64,000 bases of DNA from Thecamonas trahens ATCC 50062 (Eukaryota; Protista; Apusomonadida): the NCBI RefSeq assembly GCF_000142905.1, contig NW_013657676.1, forward strand, positions 372,001-436,000. The letters run 5' to 3'. Both the position numbers and the translations under genes were made by a program. This document shows positions 11,213-22,139 of this stretch, piece by piece. The notes beneath the pieces are model-generated. The model was not told the origin of the DNA. It was given only the letters and a program-made list of their open reading frames with translations, and did not search any database. Within the stretch, counting starts at the first letter, position 1. Each line of letters begins with the position of its first letter.

Positions 11213-11758
11213 ATGTCTGATTCTGCACGCCATGCACGTTCCGCCCCTCTTGCCGTCCTCGACGCCGTGCGCGAGCAGGTAGCCGCCACGGCGTCGAACC
11301 CGACCGAGGCCCGCCTGTACGCGCTGATGCAGCGGATGTGCGAGCTCAATTGTGAGCTTGAAAAGTCGCGCTTCGACTCGCAACGCGTCCGCCAAACCAA
11401 CGCCATCATCATGAAGCGCATGATGACCGCCCTCACCGCCAACCGCGAGCTCGCCGACCAGAACTCCCGCCTTCGCGGCGCTCTGACCCACCTTGTCAAG
11501 CGGGTCATCAACGGCCGCCAGATGGTCGGCCCGCCGGCTGTGGTTGCTTCCGACCTCGCGCAGCAGCCAGCTGCGGTCTCGCCCGCCGCTGCCACCGCCG
11601 CTGACGGTGCTGTGCCCGCGCCTGCGCGGCTCGCCGATCCGCGCCGCGCCCAAAGGCTGCAAGCCTCGGTTGCCGCTGCCCGCCGCGATCTCATCCATCG
11701 TCCGCCGCGTGTCCACCGCGCCTCGCGCTCGCCGTCGCTCGAACCTAAGCCGATTTAG
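11213..11758 (+). CDS. Hypothetical coiled-coil protein (may have upstream exons)
   Basis: Coding-like codon usage; heptad pattern LMQRMCELNCELEK..LTANRELADQNSRLRGAL. Confidence 0.55.
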   Translation: MSDSARHARSAPLAVLDAVREQVAATASNPTEARLYALMQRMCELNCELEKSRFDSQRVRQTNAIIMKRMMTALTANRELADQNSRLRGALTHLVKRVINGRQMVGPPAVVASDLAQQPAAVSPAAATAADGAVPAPARLADPRRAQRLQASVAAARRDLIHRPPRVHRASRSPSLEPKPI

Positions 11759-11891
11759 CTCTCTCCTGTACCTCCCTCCCTCCCCCCCCCCCCTCCCCTT
11801 TCTACTCCCCTCCCCCCTCTACTATCGAGGGTGAGAGGAGAGTACTACGTTAATGTCTTTGTGTTGTTGTCTGTCTCTGTCGAGTGCCGCC

Positions 11892-14450
11892 TCACACCAC
11901 TAATATCAGTGTGATCCATGGAATGGCAAAACAGCCCGCGCTCCACGCGATGCGGACCGCGACATCGTGGAGTTCGGCACCGCGCGGAACGAGTGCGTCC
12001 GACAGCGCCACGGTGGCCTTGAACACCAGCCACGAAGCCGCAACGTACAGCAGCGTGGCAAGCACAAAGTTGATGAGCGGATAGCCGTCAATGTAGACGG
12101 TGACAGCCTTGGCGTCGTGCGAGAGCCAGATGTGAAGCTGAAGGATGTAGGTCTCGAGCGTGATGCGTCCCAGCCAGGCAAACAGATGCATGTGCCAGTT
12201 GCGCAAGATCGTAAACATGTTGCGGAGGACAATGAAGAGCAGGATCGGAAGCCACGCCGTGTACGGATGTTGTGCGTTGTATGCGTACTTGTCGTTGGCG
12301 ACTAGGATGTGGACAAACCAAAGGTAGCCGATCCAGAGGCAGACGGCGGCCAGCACAGCCTTGGTCGTGTGTCGCACCACCGGCCGCTGCGCGTTGAGTG
12401 CGCCCAGGATCTTGGTAGCCTGCGGATGTACATACGCGCTCGCCATGCCCAGCACCACCATGTAGTGGTCAAGATGCGTGCGAAAGTGCCACTCATGCAG
12501 CGACCCGTTGTACGAGAGCAAACCCGCAAGCGGAGCAAATACAACCTCAAACACACCCGGAATGTCAAAGAGCACAAAGTTGAAGACAACAAGAGCACAG
12601 AGCTTGCCTGTCATGAACGCGACCGACTCGTTCGAAGCGTGTCCGATGTACATCGTGACGTAGACCTGAAGAAAGGCAAAGGTGTGGAGGGCGCAGACGT
12701 AGTACAACATGTACTGCCGCTGCAGGCCGAAGCACACCACAGTGACTAGGAAGTTGAGGCGGAACATCATCTTGGTCAACCGAACCATGGAGAAGTCCTT
12801 GCGGATGTAAAAGTACGAAAAGTTGCCAAAGCCTGTCATCCAAACGTACGCCGCGATGAAGACCCGGATCATGTTGTACGTCTCCTTGGCAGCAAAGTAG
12901 TGGTAGAGCACAAACACCACCTGCATCCACCCCTTCCACTCCTCGGTCTGCTCGCGGTTGAGGATGACCGCATCCGCCTCGCAACCACCCTTGGTCGACC
13001 AAGAAGGCTTGATGGTGAGCAGCGCCGCAGCGCCGAGCGCCACGTTGAGAAAGGCAAACAGATCGCGCGAGTACTGCCGTGGCGCCGACGGCCAGAGCTT
13101 GATCGAAGGGTCGCCGTCGGCGGCATCGGCGTACAGCATCACAAGGCTGAGGAAGAGGACATGTCGCGCGAGGTCAAGCCCGCCCTTGCTCTGCAGATAG
13201 GCCTTGACCTTGGTGAAAGCATTGTTGGTGTTGAACGCCGGCGGCATACCAAGGTTTTCTCCACTGGTCGTACCGGCCTCGGCGTCATCAGCCGCCTTTG
13301 GTCCTGTTGCTGGCATGTCCACTTTGTCTGTCCCGCCTTCTGGCTGCAACTGTGCCAGTTCCTGGTTCGTGTACAAGAGTCTCAGGATCCACGTCGGAGC
13401 AAGGGCGCGGAACGGGGACGGCGAAGTGCTGAGGGCGTGCAGGAGAGCGTGGTACTCGGCATAGAGCCAGAGAGCGATGCCGAGATACAGATAGAGGACT
13501 ACAACAGCATGAGCGGCCTCCAGCCAGCGTGACGGCCGCCAATCTGGATGGACAGTCTTTGGTGACAAAGCCTGGCTCGACGCCGACTTGACACGCCGCG
13601 CCGCAAGAGTTTGTACCAGTGCGCCGCCAATCTTCATCGCCACTTCGGCGTCAAAGTGAAGGCCGTCGGGGACATGGCTTGCAAGCTTCTTGCTCTCGGC
13701 ACTCAGCAGAGTGTGGAGGTCAAGATAGAGCAGCCCGCTAGTGAGTGGATTGTACTCGCCGCTAGTGATGGTGCTGCGCGCCAAGGCGTTGAGCTTTTGG
13801 ATGTGCTCGTCGCGAAAGATGGTTGAGACCACACGCGGACCCGAAAGTGCAGCATCCACCAGCGGGGTGTGTGAAAACCAGAGGCCCCATGACGGGCCCG
13901 TCTTGTCGTTGGCTGCCCACCGTGCTGCCACCGTGCGCAGCGTGACCAGCAACGCCTCAACACGATCGGCCAGCTCGCTGCGGCCGAGCTTTGGACGATA
14001 AAGGAGATCGTGCAGGCCGACGTTGCAGATGACCACATGCGGGGCATCCTCAGCCGGTGCTAGCGTCAGAGCCAGCAGCTCGCGTTCGATGTCCTCCAGA
14101 TATGGCGCGTAGACGTACTCGAGCTTGGCGTTGAGCTCTGCCACGTCAAACGCGCGGTTCTTGTTGGGCTTGAGCCTCGGGACCGGCGTCTTTGCCCCAG
14201 CAGCAATAGCATGCATACCAAGAAAGACAAGCTGGCCAACCGAGTCACCCAGAAGAGTGATGCGCATGCCCTGAAAGGCATTCACCCTGGCGATCTCACC
14301 AGTGGGGCAGCCATCCGGAGAACCTTGCTCACCGTCCAGCACTGACTGCAAGCATCGAGTAGGCTCAACAGTCATGTCCGCACAAGCCACATCACCAACC
14401 GCCACCAGCCCCAGCAGTCCCAGCATCAGTAGCCATACCTGCACTCGCAT
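11892..14450 (-). CDS. CASD1: CAS1/CASD1-like O-acetyltransferase (SGNH-type luminal domain plus multi-TM Cas1_AcylT domain)
   Basis: Signal peptide MRVQVWLLMLGLLG. GDS and DGLH catalytic motifs. LNREQTEEWKGWMQ, IAAYVWMTGFGNFSYF, EWHFRTHLDHY, LGRITLETYILQLHIWL. Confidence 0.9.
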   Translation of the reverse strand: MRVQVWLLMLGLLGLVAVGDVACADMTVEPTRCLQSVLDGEQGSPDGCPTGEIARVNAFQGMRITLLGDSVGQLVFLGMHAIAAGAKTPVPRLKPNKNRAFDVAELNAKLEYVYAPYLEDIERELLALTLAPAEDAPHVVICNVGLHDLLYRPKLGRSELADRVEALLVTLRTVAARWAANDKTGPSWGLWFSHTPLVDAALSGPRVVSTIFRDEHIQKLNALARSTITSGEYNPLTSGLLYLDLHTLLSAESKKLASHVPDGLHFDAEVAMKIGGALVQTLAARRVKSASSQALSPKTVHPDWRPSRWLEAAHAVVVLYLYLGIALWLYAEYHALLHALSTSPSPFRALAPTWILRLLYTNQELAQLQPEGGTDKVDMPATGPKAADDAEAGTTSGENLGMPPAFNTNNAFTKVKAYLQSKGGLDLARHVLFLSLVMLYADAADGDPSIKLWPSAPRQYSRDLFAFLNVALGAAALLTIKPSWSTKGGCEADAVILNREQTEEWKGWMQVVFVLYHYFAAKETYNMIRVFIAAYVWMTGFGNFSYFYIRKDFSMVRLTKMMFRLNFLVTVVCFGLQRQYMLYYVCALHTFAFLQVYVTMYIGHASNESVAFMTGKLCALVVFNFVLFDIPGVFEVVFAPLAGLLSYNGSLHEWHFRTHLDHYMVVLGMASAYVHPQATKILGALNAQRPVVRHTTKAVLAAVCLWIGYLWFVHILVANDKYAYNAQHPYTAWLPILLFIVLRNMFTILRNWHMHLFAWLGRITLETYILQLHIWLSHDAKAVTVYIDGYPLINFVLATLLYVAASWLVFKATVALSDALVPRGAELHDVAVRIAWSAGCFAIPWITLILVV

Positions 14451-14492
14451 CCTCTCTAGTGTACCCGTGCAATCAACTGGCTTGGTTTTTTC

Positions 14493-14495
<3 letters not shown>

Positions 14496-14529
<34 letters not shown>
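14496..14529. repeat. (GA)17 microsatellite
   Basis: Directly visible. Confidence 0.95.
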
Positions 14530-14536
<7 letters not shown>

Positions 14537-15011
14537 GGGTGGGGGAGAAGGGGTGGGGGGGAGGGGGGAGAGGGCAAGCGAAAGGGGAACAGGGAAGAGG
14601 ATGGATCTGCCATGTTCTGGCTCGCAATGCAAAGGAGAGGATAATCGATGTGTTTTTCATCATTCCTGGCTGGTCTGACTGGGGACTTGGCTGAGGCGTA
14701 GAATACCCGCACTCATTGCGATGCCACAGCTGCAGGTCTAAGCGTTGCAGTCGAGCAACAACAAACATATGGATACATACGCTACGCGGTGTGTGATAAA
14801 AAAATCTGTTGTTCTCCATCCCCCTTGAGCGTCGCAATCCCTCCCATCGCGCGTGGTGTGGTCAAGATGCAGGCAGTCGGACAGACAGACTCTTTAGGGG
14901 CTCGAGCTTCCATTCGGGCCTTCTCCTCCTGTCTCCTCCTCACCGACCGCTCCTGTCAGCACTTGTCGCAGGAAATAGCCACAGAAGCTCGATAGAGGCA
15001 GCAGAGAGGAC

Positions 15012-18000
15012 ATGGACGAGTACTCGTTGGATGCGTTTAATCCTCGAGAAGCGTCAAAGGCGGCGACAGGGGCTGGCAAGAGTGGAGGCGGTGGAGAGGG
15101 GCGGCGAGTGGGCCAGTGGCTGCCTCGTGCGGCCAAGGGTCGCGGGGATGCTGGCTATGTGGGCATTCTCAACCAGGGTGCCACATGCTACCTCAACTCA
15201 TTGCTACAGATCATGTACCTCACGCCCGAACTCCGCGCTGCTCTCTTTGCTCTCGACCAGGAGGAGCTCGGCATGTCGTCGCAGGCTCTCGAGGTGGCCG
15301 ACGACGGCTCGGTCGCCTGCGCTGCCATGTTCCAGTCTGACAACTCGGACGCTGGCGCTGCGCCGACCACCGGAAGAGGCTATGGCGTGAGCGATGTTGA
15401 CGATGTTGGCGCCAGTGATGCTGCTGCCGACGAATCTGACGATGCCGACACTGCTGATGTCGACGCTCCCGACTCGCCCGCAGCTGATGTTGTCGTCGAC
15501 GACGCCACTCTGGATCTGATGTCGGGTATGGGCTTTTCGATGGCGCAAATCCAGGCGGCGTGCCGGGCGTACCCGGATCCGGCCGACTCGGAGCAGCGGG
15601 TCAACTTTGTGCTCGAGGGCGGCGACCTGTCGCGGGCAGGCCGGCGGCGTGCGACCGACCGCTCCACCGGAAAGCCGCCGCGGTCGTTTGGTCCGTCGTA
15701 CCGGCACGGCTCGCACAACCGCGAGCCGGTGGTCGCGTACTCGTCGCGGCCGGGCGCCGACTCTTCGGACTCGGACTCATCTGCTGGTGGCTTTGGCAAC
15801 ATGGGCGGTGCCGACGACGACCTGGACCTATTTGGATTTGGCGGCGACGGCGGTGACTCGTCGTCGGGCAACGATGACGGCGTCATGGATTTGTTTGGCG
15901 GCGTGTTTGGTGAAAATGATGATGGCGATGACAACCATACTGCCGATAGTGATGACGAGCCAGCCACGGTCCTGGCACCGGCACCGGCACCGGCACCAGC
16001 ACCGGCCCCAGCTGAGGCTGAGGACAAGGCCAAGGCTAGGGCCGATGCTGTGCCCGATGCTCTGCTCGAGGTCGCGCCCGACGTCGAGGTTGAGGCTGAC
16101 GCCGCGCCCGATGCCGCACCCAAAGTCGATGCCGAGCCCACAGTCGAGGTTGAGGCCGATGCTGCGCCCGATGCCGCACCCAAAGTCGATGCCGAGCTCG
16201 ACGTCGAGGTTGAGGCCGACACCGCACCCGATGCTGCACCCAAAGTCGATGCCGAGGCCACAGTCGAGGTTGAGGCCGATGCTGCGCCCGATGCCGCACC
16301 CAAAGTCGATGCCGAGCCCGACGTCGAGGTTGAGGCCGACACCGCACCCAAAGTCGATGCCGAGCCCACAGTCGAGGTCGAGGCCGATGCTGCGCCCGAC
16401 ACCGCTCCCAAAGTCGATGCCGAGCCCACAGTCGAGGCCACAACCGATCCCGCACCCGAGCCTGAAACGCCGCAGCTCAAGGTTCTGCTTCAGCTTCAGG
16501 CTCTGTTTGCAGAGATGCACTCGCGCAACGTTGCCGCCATCTCAACCCGCTCGCTGACTCGCCGTGGCTTTCAGTGGCTCGACAACGAGTCATTGCAGCA
16601 GCACGACATCCAGGAGCTCAACCGCATCTTGTTTGACGCTGTCGAGCAGCAGCTGCGCAAGACGTCGGCGCCCAACACAGTCCGTGCCCTCTACGAGGGC
16701 ACCCTCCTCAACCGGATCATTTGCATGGCATGTGAGACCGCGCGCGACCGGCCCGAGTCGTTCCTCGACCTCGTCATTCCAGTTGCAGGCTTTGACTCGC
16801 TGCCGGCTGCCCTCGACTCGGTCCTCGACTACGAGGTGCTTGAGGGAGACAACCAGGTCTCGTGCGCCGTCTGCGACTCGAAGCAGGATGCCCGCATGGG
16901 CGCAAAGATCGCTGAGCTGCCGCCGCTCCTTGTCTGCATGCTCTCGCGGTTCGAGTATGACTGGGCCGCCAACAAGCGAGTCAAAGTCAACTCGGCCTTC
17001 CCTTCCCGCTTGTCCTCGACATGGCGCCTTACACCGCAGACTATGTCGCGCCCGACGCCGGCAATCCTGATGCTCCGTACGAGCTGCTTCCGTCCGAGGG
17101 CGAGCTGTTTCAGCCGTCGGTCGACCCGGCCTCGCCTGCGCTCTTTGACCTAGTCGCCGTCGTCATCCACTCGGGTGGTGCCTACGGCGGCCACTATCAT
17201 GCCTACGCTCACGATGTCGCTGCCGCCACCAACGTCGACCCGGCCTCGCTGCCGCAGTTTGAAGATCCGGCGCTCGAGCGCGCTCGTCTTGCGGGCGCGC
17301 CCAACCTTGCGGGCTGGTACGACTTCAACGACTCGCAAGTCACCCCGATCCCTGTCTCCACCCTCGCCTCGCAGTACGGGCAGGAGTCAGCTACCGAGTG
17401 TTCGTACATGCTAGTCTACCGCGCCCGCTCTTCGCTCGCCGCTGCGCGTGCCGCCGCCGCCGCCGCTTCCCCGCCGCCGCATCTTGCCGCGCTTATTGCC
17501 TCCAAGGATGCCCACTATGCCGCTGTCCGCTCCGAGTACGCCGAGATGGCCAACTACGCAGAGCTGGTGGTCCACTCGGCTGCAAACTACGTTCTTCACA
17601 ACGGCGAGCTGACCGCCATCAAGCGGCGCGCCAACGTCATCGCGCCGACCCACGCCGTCCAGCGCATGGACATCGACCTCCGTCATACTCTGGCCTCGCT
17701 CCGCAACGACATCAAGGCCGCGTTTGGCTCCGCTGTTCCAGGCTCTCCCGAAGACATGCTCCTCCACTCGGTCTCGACCCGTATGGGCAAGCTCCTGCTC
17801 TCGCCAGTCACAACTCCACCAGAGACTCTTCTTCGTGACGCTGGCTTTGACGTTGACGGACTCGTTCTTCTCGCCTGGGACGGCACAACCGTTGACGGCC
17901 AGCTCTGGACCGGCGCCGAGGAGAAGATCGCACTTGACCTCATCTTTTACCCGAACGCCGCCAACTGCAACGACCACGTCACCATTCCGGTCCGCCTCCG

Positions 18001-19945
18001 TGAGGTCGACACGCTCGCCGAGGCCAAGGCTGCCATCGCTGCCCAGCTACCGGCTGGTCTCGAGCACTTGTCCGCGCTGCCGGATGTCACACCAGCTGCA
18101 CTGGCCGCTGTTGCGGCAGCTGCCGCCTCTGGTGACTGGAGCCGACTCCTGCTCTCCCGGCTTGATGCCTCGGGGGTGGCCGCGCTCTCGGCAGAGCCGG
18201 AGACCCGAATCGCAGCGCTTGGTGTCTTTACACTCGGCTCCAAACTCACGCTTGAGCTCGCACCTGACGACGGTGCTTTTCTCGCACAAGCCCACTTTAT
18301 CGAGCGCCAGTTCCAGCTCGACATCTGCGTCACTGACTCACTCACAGTCCAGTTTCCGCAGGCTGTGTTCAAGCTCGCGGTCAAGAAGACAATGACTGTG
18401 GGCGAGCTCAAGAAACTGGTGTTCGAGCAGCACGTCGATCACACGCGCCTACCTCCCACCGGCCCGTGGCGAACCTCGGCCGCCCTGCCGTGCATGCGGC
18501 TGGCGCGTACCTCTGGCTGGGGCCTCCACGGCAACCAGTTTGCCTCGGAGCGGCTCTCGCTTGCCGACGCTGGGGTGGTCAACGGCGAGAAACTGGTGCT
18601 GGAGGAGGGTGAGGCACCTGATCCTGACAAGGTCAACGTGCGCTTTGTCTACGGCTCGGCCGACGGTGACCGGCTCTCGGTCGAGCAGTCAGTCCGCTGT
18701 GCCAAGTCGCAGAGCCTCGCCGCGCTCAAGGCACTCATGGCTGCTCGTGTTGGCGCAGAGCCGGCCGCTGTCCGGCTGCGCGAGACCGATCTGTGGGACG
18801 GACCGGCCGGACTCTACGCCGACGAGAGCCTCGCCCTCGATGACGCCAACATCCACGCTGACGACCTTGTCTGGCTTGAGGACGGCAAGCCGCCGGTGCC
18901 AGGCGCCATGATTCTCAGAATTGAGCTGTACTCGCCACCTGGCGCCTGGTCCGTCGACGCCGCGCTTGCTCCCGCGTCTGCTGCCGAGGGTGATGAGTCT
19001 CCACCCATGCCTCCCGCTTCAGCCTCGGCCATCGATGCCATGATTGCGCGCAGCCGAGACGTCGAGACTGCTTCCGACTCGGCCCTCGCCGGGTCGGAAA
19101 TGTCGTCGCCAGTCCTCCGCATCCTCCACGCTGACGAATCGCGCTTCCTGTCGTTTGGCGAACTTGAGGTCTCGGCCTTTGACTCGACGCGGCAGTTTCT
19201 GGAGAGCCTCGCGCCGCGGTTCTCACGCTGTGGGGGAAATCCAGCCGCGCTCCGCCTTTGGTCACCGAGCCATCCGCAGCGCTTGCTCACGGCGCCGCCA
19301 TTTGGCACCGAGAGCGAGGCAGACCCACTTGATGTCACCCTCGGCGCACACCAGCTGCTGGACGGCCAGTCGCTCACTGTCGAGATTGTCGATCCCGCCT
19401 CCAATGCCCTCGCAGACACCGACCTCGTTCTATACTTGCACGTCCGCTCGCCGCTTCGGCGGATGTGGAGCAGCGTCCAGGAGTTTATCTTTCGGGCAGC
19501 CACGGCGCCGACACCCGAGAGCCTCGCCGCCGCGCTCAGCAAGGCGCTCGGTATCCCGCTTGACGCGCTCCTTGTCGCCAAGTACGATCTCGGCATGGCG
19601 CAGTGGCGGGTGGTGACCCGCGGGTCGGAGCGGGGAGCGCACGAGGCGTCAGCCGCCGCTGCTGCCGCCGCGGGCGACGACGATGATGGCATGGGCATGG
19701 CGGCATCGAACAAGCAGTCCAAGACGCTCAGCTCGGGGAGCTTGCGCGAAGCGCCGTACTTTATTGCGCACGGAGACGTTGTCGGAGTCAAGGACATGCG
19801 CGAGGACCCCGCCGACAACGACAACTTTGTGTCGAGCTCGTCGTCGACTGCTGACTTTCTCACCTCGTGGTCGGCCACGTCGGCCGCCGGCGGCACTGCG
19901 CCCAGCGGCTCGGGCGCAGAGGCACAGTTGCGAATCAACTATTGA
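15012..19945 (+). CDS. USP40: Ubiquitin-specific protease, USP40-like, with large insertion in the catalytic domain and C-terminal Ubl-like regions; apparent 1-nt frameshift near 17001
   Basis: Cys box GILNQGATCYLNSLLQ and QHDIQELNRILF in the first frame. His box VVIHSGGAYGGHYHAY and WYDFNDSQV in the second frame. The junction should read SAFPFPLVLDMAPY. Confidence 0.85.
16078..16442 (+). repeat. 60-bp coding minisatellite, about 6 copies (one shortened to 48 bp), encoding VEVEADAAPDAAPKVDAEP(T/D)
   Basis: gtcgaggttgaggccgatgctgcgcccgatgccgcacccaaagtcgatgccgagcc repeated at 60-bp period. Confidence 0.95.
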
Positions 19946-19949
19946 AGAG

Positions 19950-21764
19950 CTACTGCACCTTGCATGGGCCGGCGGCACCGTCGTCAGCGAGTAGCGCCTC
20001 GTTCGACTCGATGAGCTCACGATGCGGCGCAACAGGCCCAAGCTCACCTTGTGAGCGCCGGCTAGCCCTCGTCTTGGCAAAGAACGGGTGCTGGAGCGCC
20101 TCATCGACAGTGATGCGCACGTTCGGATCTTCGGTGAGCATGCGGTCGAGCAGGTCGTGGATCTCTTTGCGCTTCGATGGCTTGACGTGACTCATCTTGG
20201 CCACCAGGTACTTGCGCTTCATGCGGCCGCGGTGGTCGAGTGGGACGTTGAAGACGAGCTCAAACATGAGAACACCAAGCGAGTAGACGTCGACTTGGGG
20301 GGTGTAGCCGCGCGAGCACCGCGCCCACTCGTCGGCAACCTCGGGTGCCATGTAGCCCTGCGATCCGGTAAAGGTCTTGGGCGGCGCGATGGGATCGTAC
20401 CGGATGACGGTGTCAAAGTCGATGAGAATGGCGCGGTTGGAGACAGCGTCGAACAGGATGTTGTCCGGCTTGATGTCGCGATACATAAAGCCGAGCTTGT
20501 GAAAGTACTGCAGCGCCAGCAGGATGTCGTACGCAAAAGAGGCAAGCGCCTTGAGCGAGAGCCTGCCAAGAAAGTTGTACAGCGCCTTGGCCGATGCGTC
20601 TTCGATGTATGGATAGACAACTGCAAAGGTGCCTGTCTCTCGCAGCGGGTGCCACGCCAGCATAGGAATGATGTACGGCGACCGTGGCTCTGGCAGGGAG
20701 CTCAGTAGATGCACCACCTTGGGTGGCGTTGACGCCGAGTAGCGGTTGTCGTTGAAGATCTTGACCACAACGTGCGCGTCCGGATCCGACATTGGCGACG
20801 CACGGAAGACAACCGTGTCGTTGCCGGTAAAGAGCCGCTTGCGGAAAATGTACCGGTCTGCTAGACTCAGCATGTTGTCTTCCTGCTGTGTGGTAAAGCC
20901 GGGCATCCGCTTGAGTGCGGGCATCGACGGCAAAATCTTATCCGAGCCGGGCGACGAGTCTGCCGCGGACGAGTCAGACGACGAGTCGGACGACGACGAC
21001 GACAACGATGACGACGACGAGCCGCTATCTGAGTCTGAGTCTGAGTCTGACTCGCCTTGGACTTTCACGGCCGGCGCGACGGCCGAGGCAGCGGCTGTCG
21101 GCGCGGGGGCCGAGGCAGCGGCAGCGTGGGCGTCGGCGACCTCGGTCTTGGACCGATGCCGGCGACGACGGCGGCGCGAGCGGCGCGAGTCGACGTACGC
21201 CTGCAGCGCAGCATGCTTGTCAGTCATGATAGCGAGCCGCTCTTGGAGGGCAGTGCGGTCGGCCACCAGCGCGTCCTTGTCGGCCTGGAGGCGGGCGAGA
21301 TCGGCGTCGGCGGTCTCGAGCGAGACGTCTGCCGAGCGCGACATGCGCTTGCGACGGCGGCGACGCTGGGGCGCACCTGACCTTGTCAGCTCGTCCGAAA
21401 GTAGCGCAATTTGGCCCTGTAGCGCCTTGATGTGCTCATCGGCCTCTGCCAGAGCATCGTACTTTTCCTCCTGGTTGCGGCGGTGCGACTCGATGAGCGC
21501 ATCGATGTCGTCTTCCAGCGAGAGAATGAGCGCGTCCCGAGAGGCCAGAGCAGCCTCGGCCTTGCGCAACCGTTCGAGCAGCGCATCGGAGGAAATCTCG
21601 CTCTGCGATGTGCCAGCACCTTCCTTGCTCGCACCGTCTTCATGCGGTACGACGACAACGCCATCGCCAGCAGGCGGCAGGTCACCGTCTGACGAAGAGA
21701 ACGCAAACGAAGAGGCCGACAGCTCGTCAGACTCCATGCCATGGACCAGCAACGACGCCGCCAT
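19950..21764 (-). CDS. Ser/Thr protein kinase with N-terminal coiled coil (DFD instead of DFG)
   Basis: VVVKIF, YRDIKPDN, LIDFD, GYMAPE, VDVYSLG, RITVDEALQHPFF. Confidence 0.9.
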   Translation of the reverse strand: MAASLLVHGMESDELSASSFAFSSSDGDLPPAGDGVVVVPHEDGASKEGAGTSQSEISSDALLERLRKAEAALASRDALILSLEDDIDALIESHRRNQEEKYDALAEADEHIKALQGQIALLSDELTRSGAPQRRRRRKRMSRSADVSLETADADLARLQADKDALVADRTALQERLAIMTDKHAALQAYVDSRRSRRRRRRHRSKTEVADAHAAAASAPAPTAAASAVAPAVKVQGESDSDSDSDSGSSSSSLSSSSSDSSSDSSAADSSPGSDKILPSMPALKRMPGFTTQQEDNMLSLADRYIFRKRLFTGNDTVVFRASPMSDPDAHVVVKIFNDNRYSASTPPKVVHLLSSLPEPRSPYIIPMLAWHPLRETGTFAVVYPYIEDASAKALYNFLGRLSLKALASFAYDILLALQYFHKLGFMYRDIKPDNILFDAVSNRAILIDFDTVIRYDPIAPPKTFTGSQGYMAPEVADEWARCSRGYTPQVDVYSLGVLMFELVFNVPLDHRGRMKRKYLVAKMSHVKPSKRKEIHDLLDRMLTEDPNVRITVDEALQHPFFAKTRASRRSQGELGPVAPHRELIESNEALLADDGAAGPCKVQ

Positions 21765-22139
21765 CCTCTCACACACCCTCGCTCTCTTTACCAAAGAGTG
21801 CGGTGTCTGTTGTCAGAGATTGAGCTTGCTCCGGCTCTGGCCCTGGCTACCGCGCAGCAGCCGCTCCCGCACCAGCTGGCACCGAATCCGACCAGACACA
21901 CTCTCACGCTCGCTGGGATGGCGGGCTCTACCGATCAAGTACAGCCAGTTTCCTCCAATGCCTTTGGTAGGGGCACTGGCTGTCATCAAAGGTCTCGATC
22001 GGTCTCGCAAGGGGATGGGAGACGAATCGGAGGCGGCTCCGAGTGACTGGGCTGTCGTCGGGCGGGGGGACTTGTCTTGCTCGTCTTGGCTGGCAGCGGG
22101 GCTTCTGGCGATTGGCTCTGCTGTGCGAAAGGTGGAGAC

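Noticed and set aside
14451-14837. N-terminal extension of the CASD1 ORF
   Set aside because: Runs through a (TC)n microsatellite and poly-C tract; the signal peptide begins at the Met at 14450
16078-16442. Regular 60-bp repeats as a possible CRISPR array
   Set aside because: No unique spacers; it is an in-frame coding minisatellite in a eukaryotic gene, and no cas genes are present (the CAS1-domain gene is an acetyltransferase, unrelated to CRISPR Cas1)
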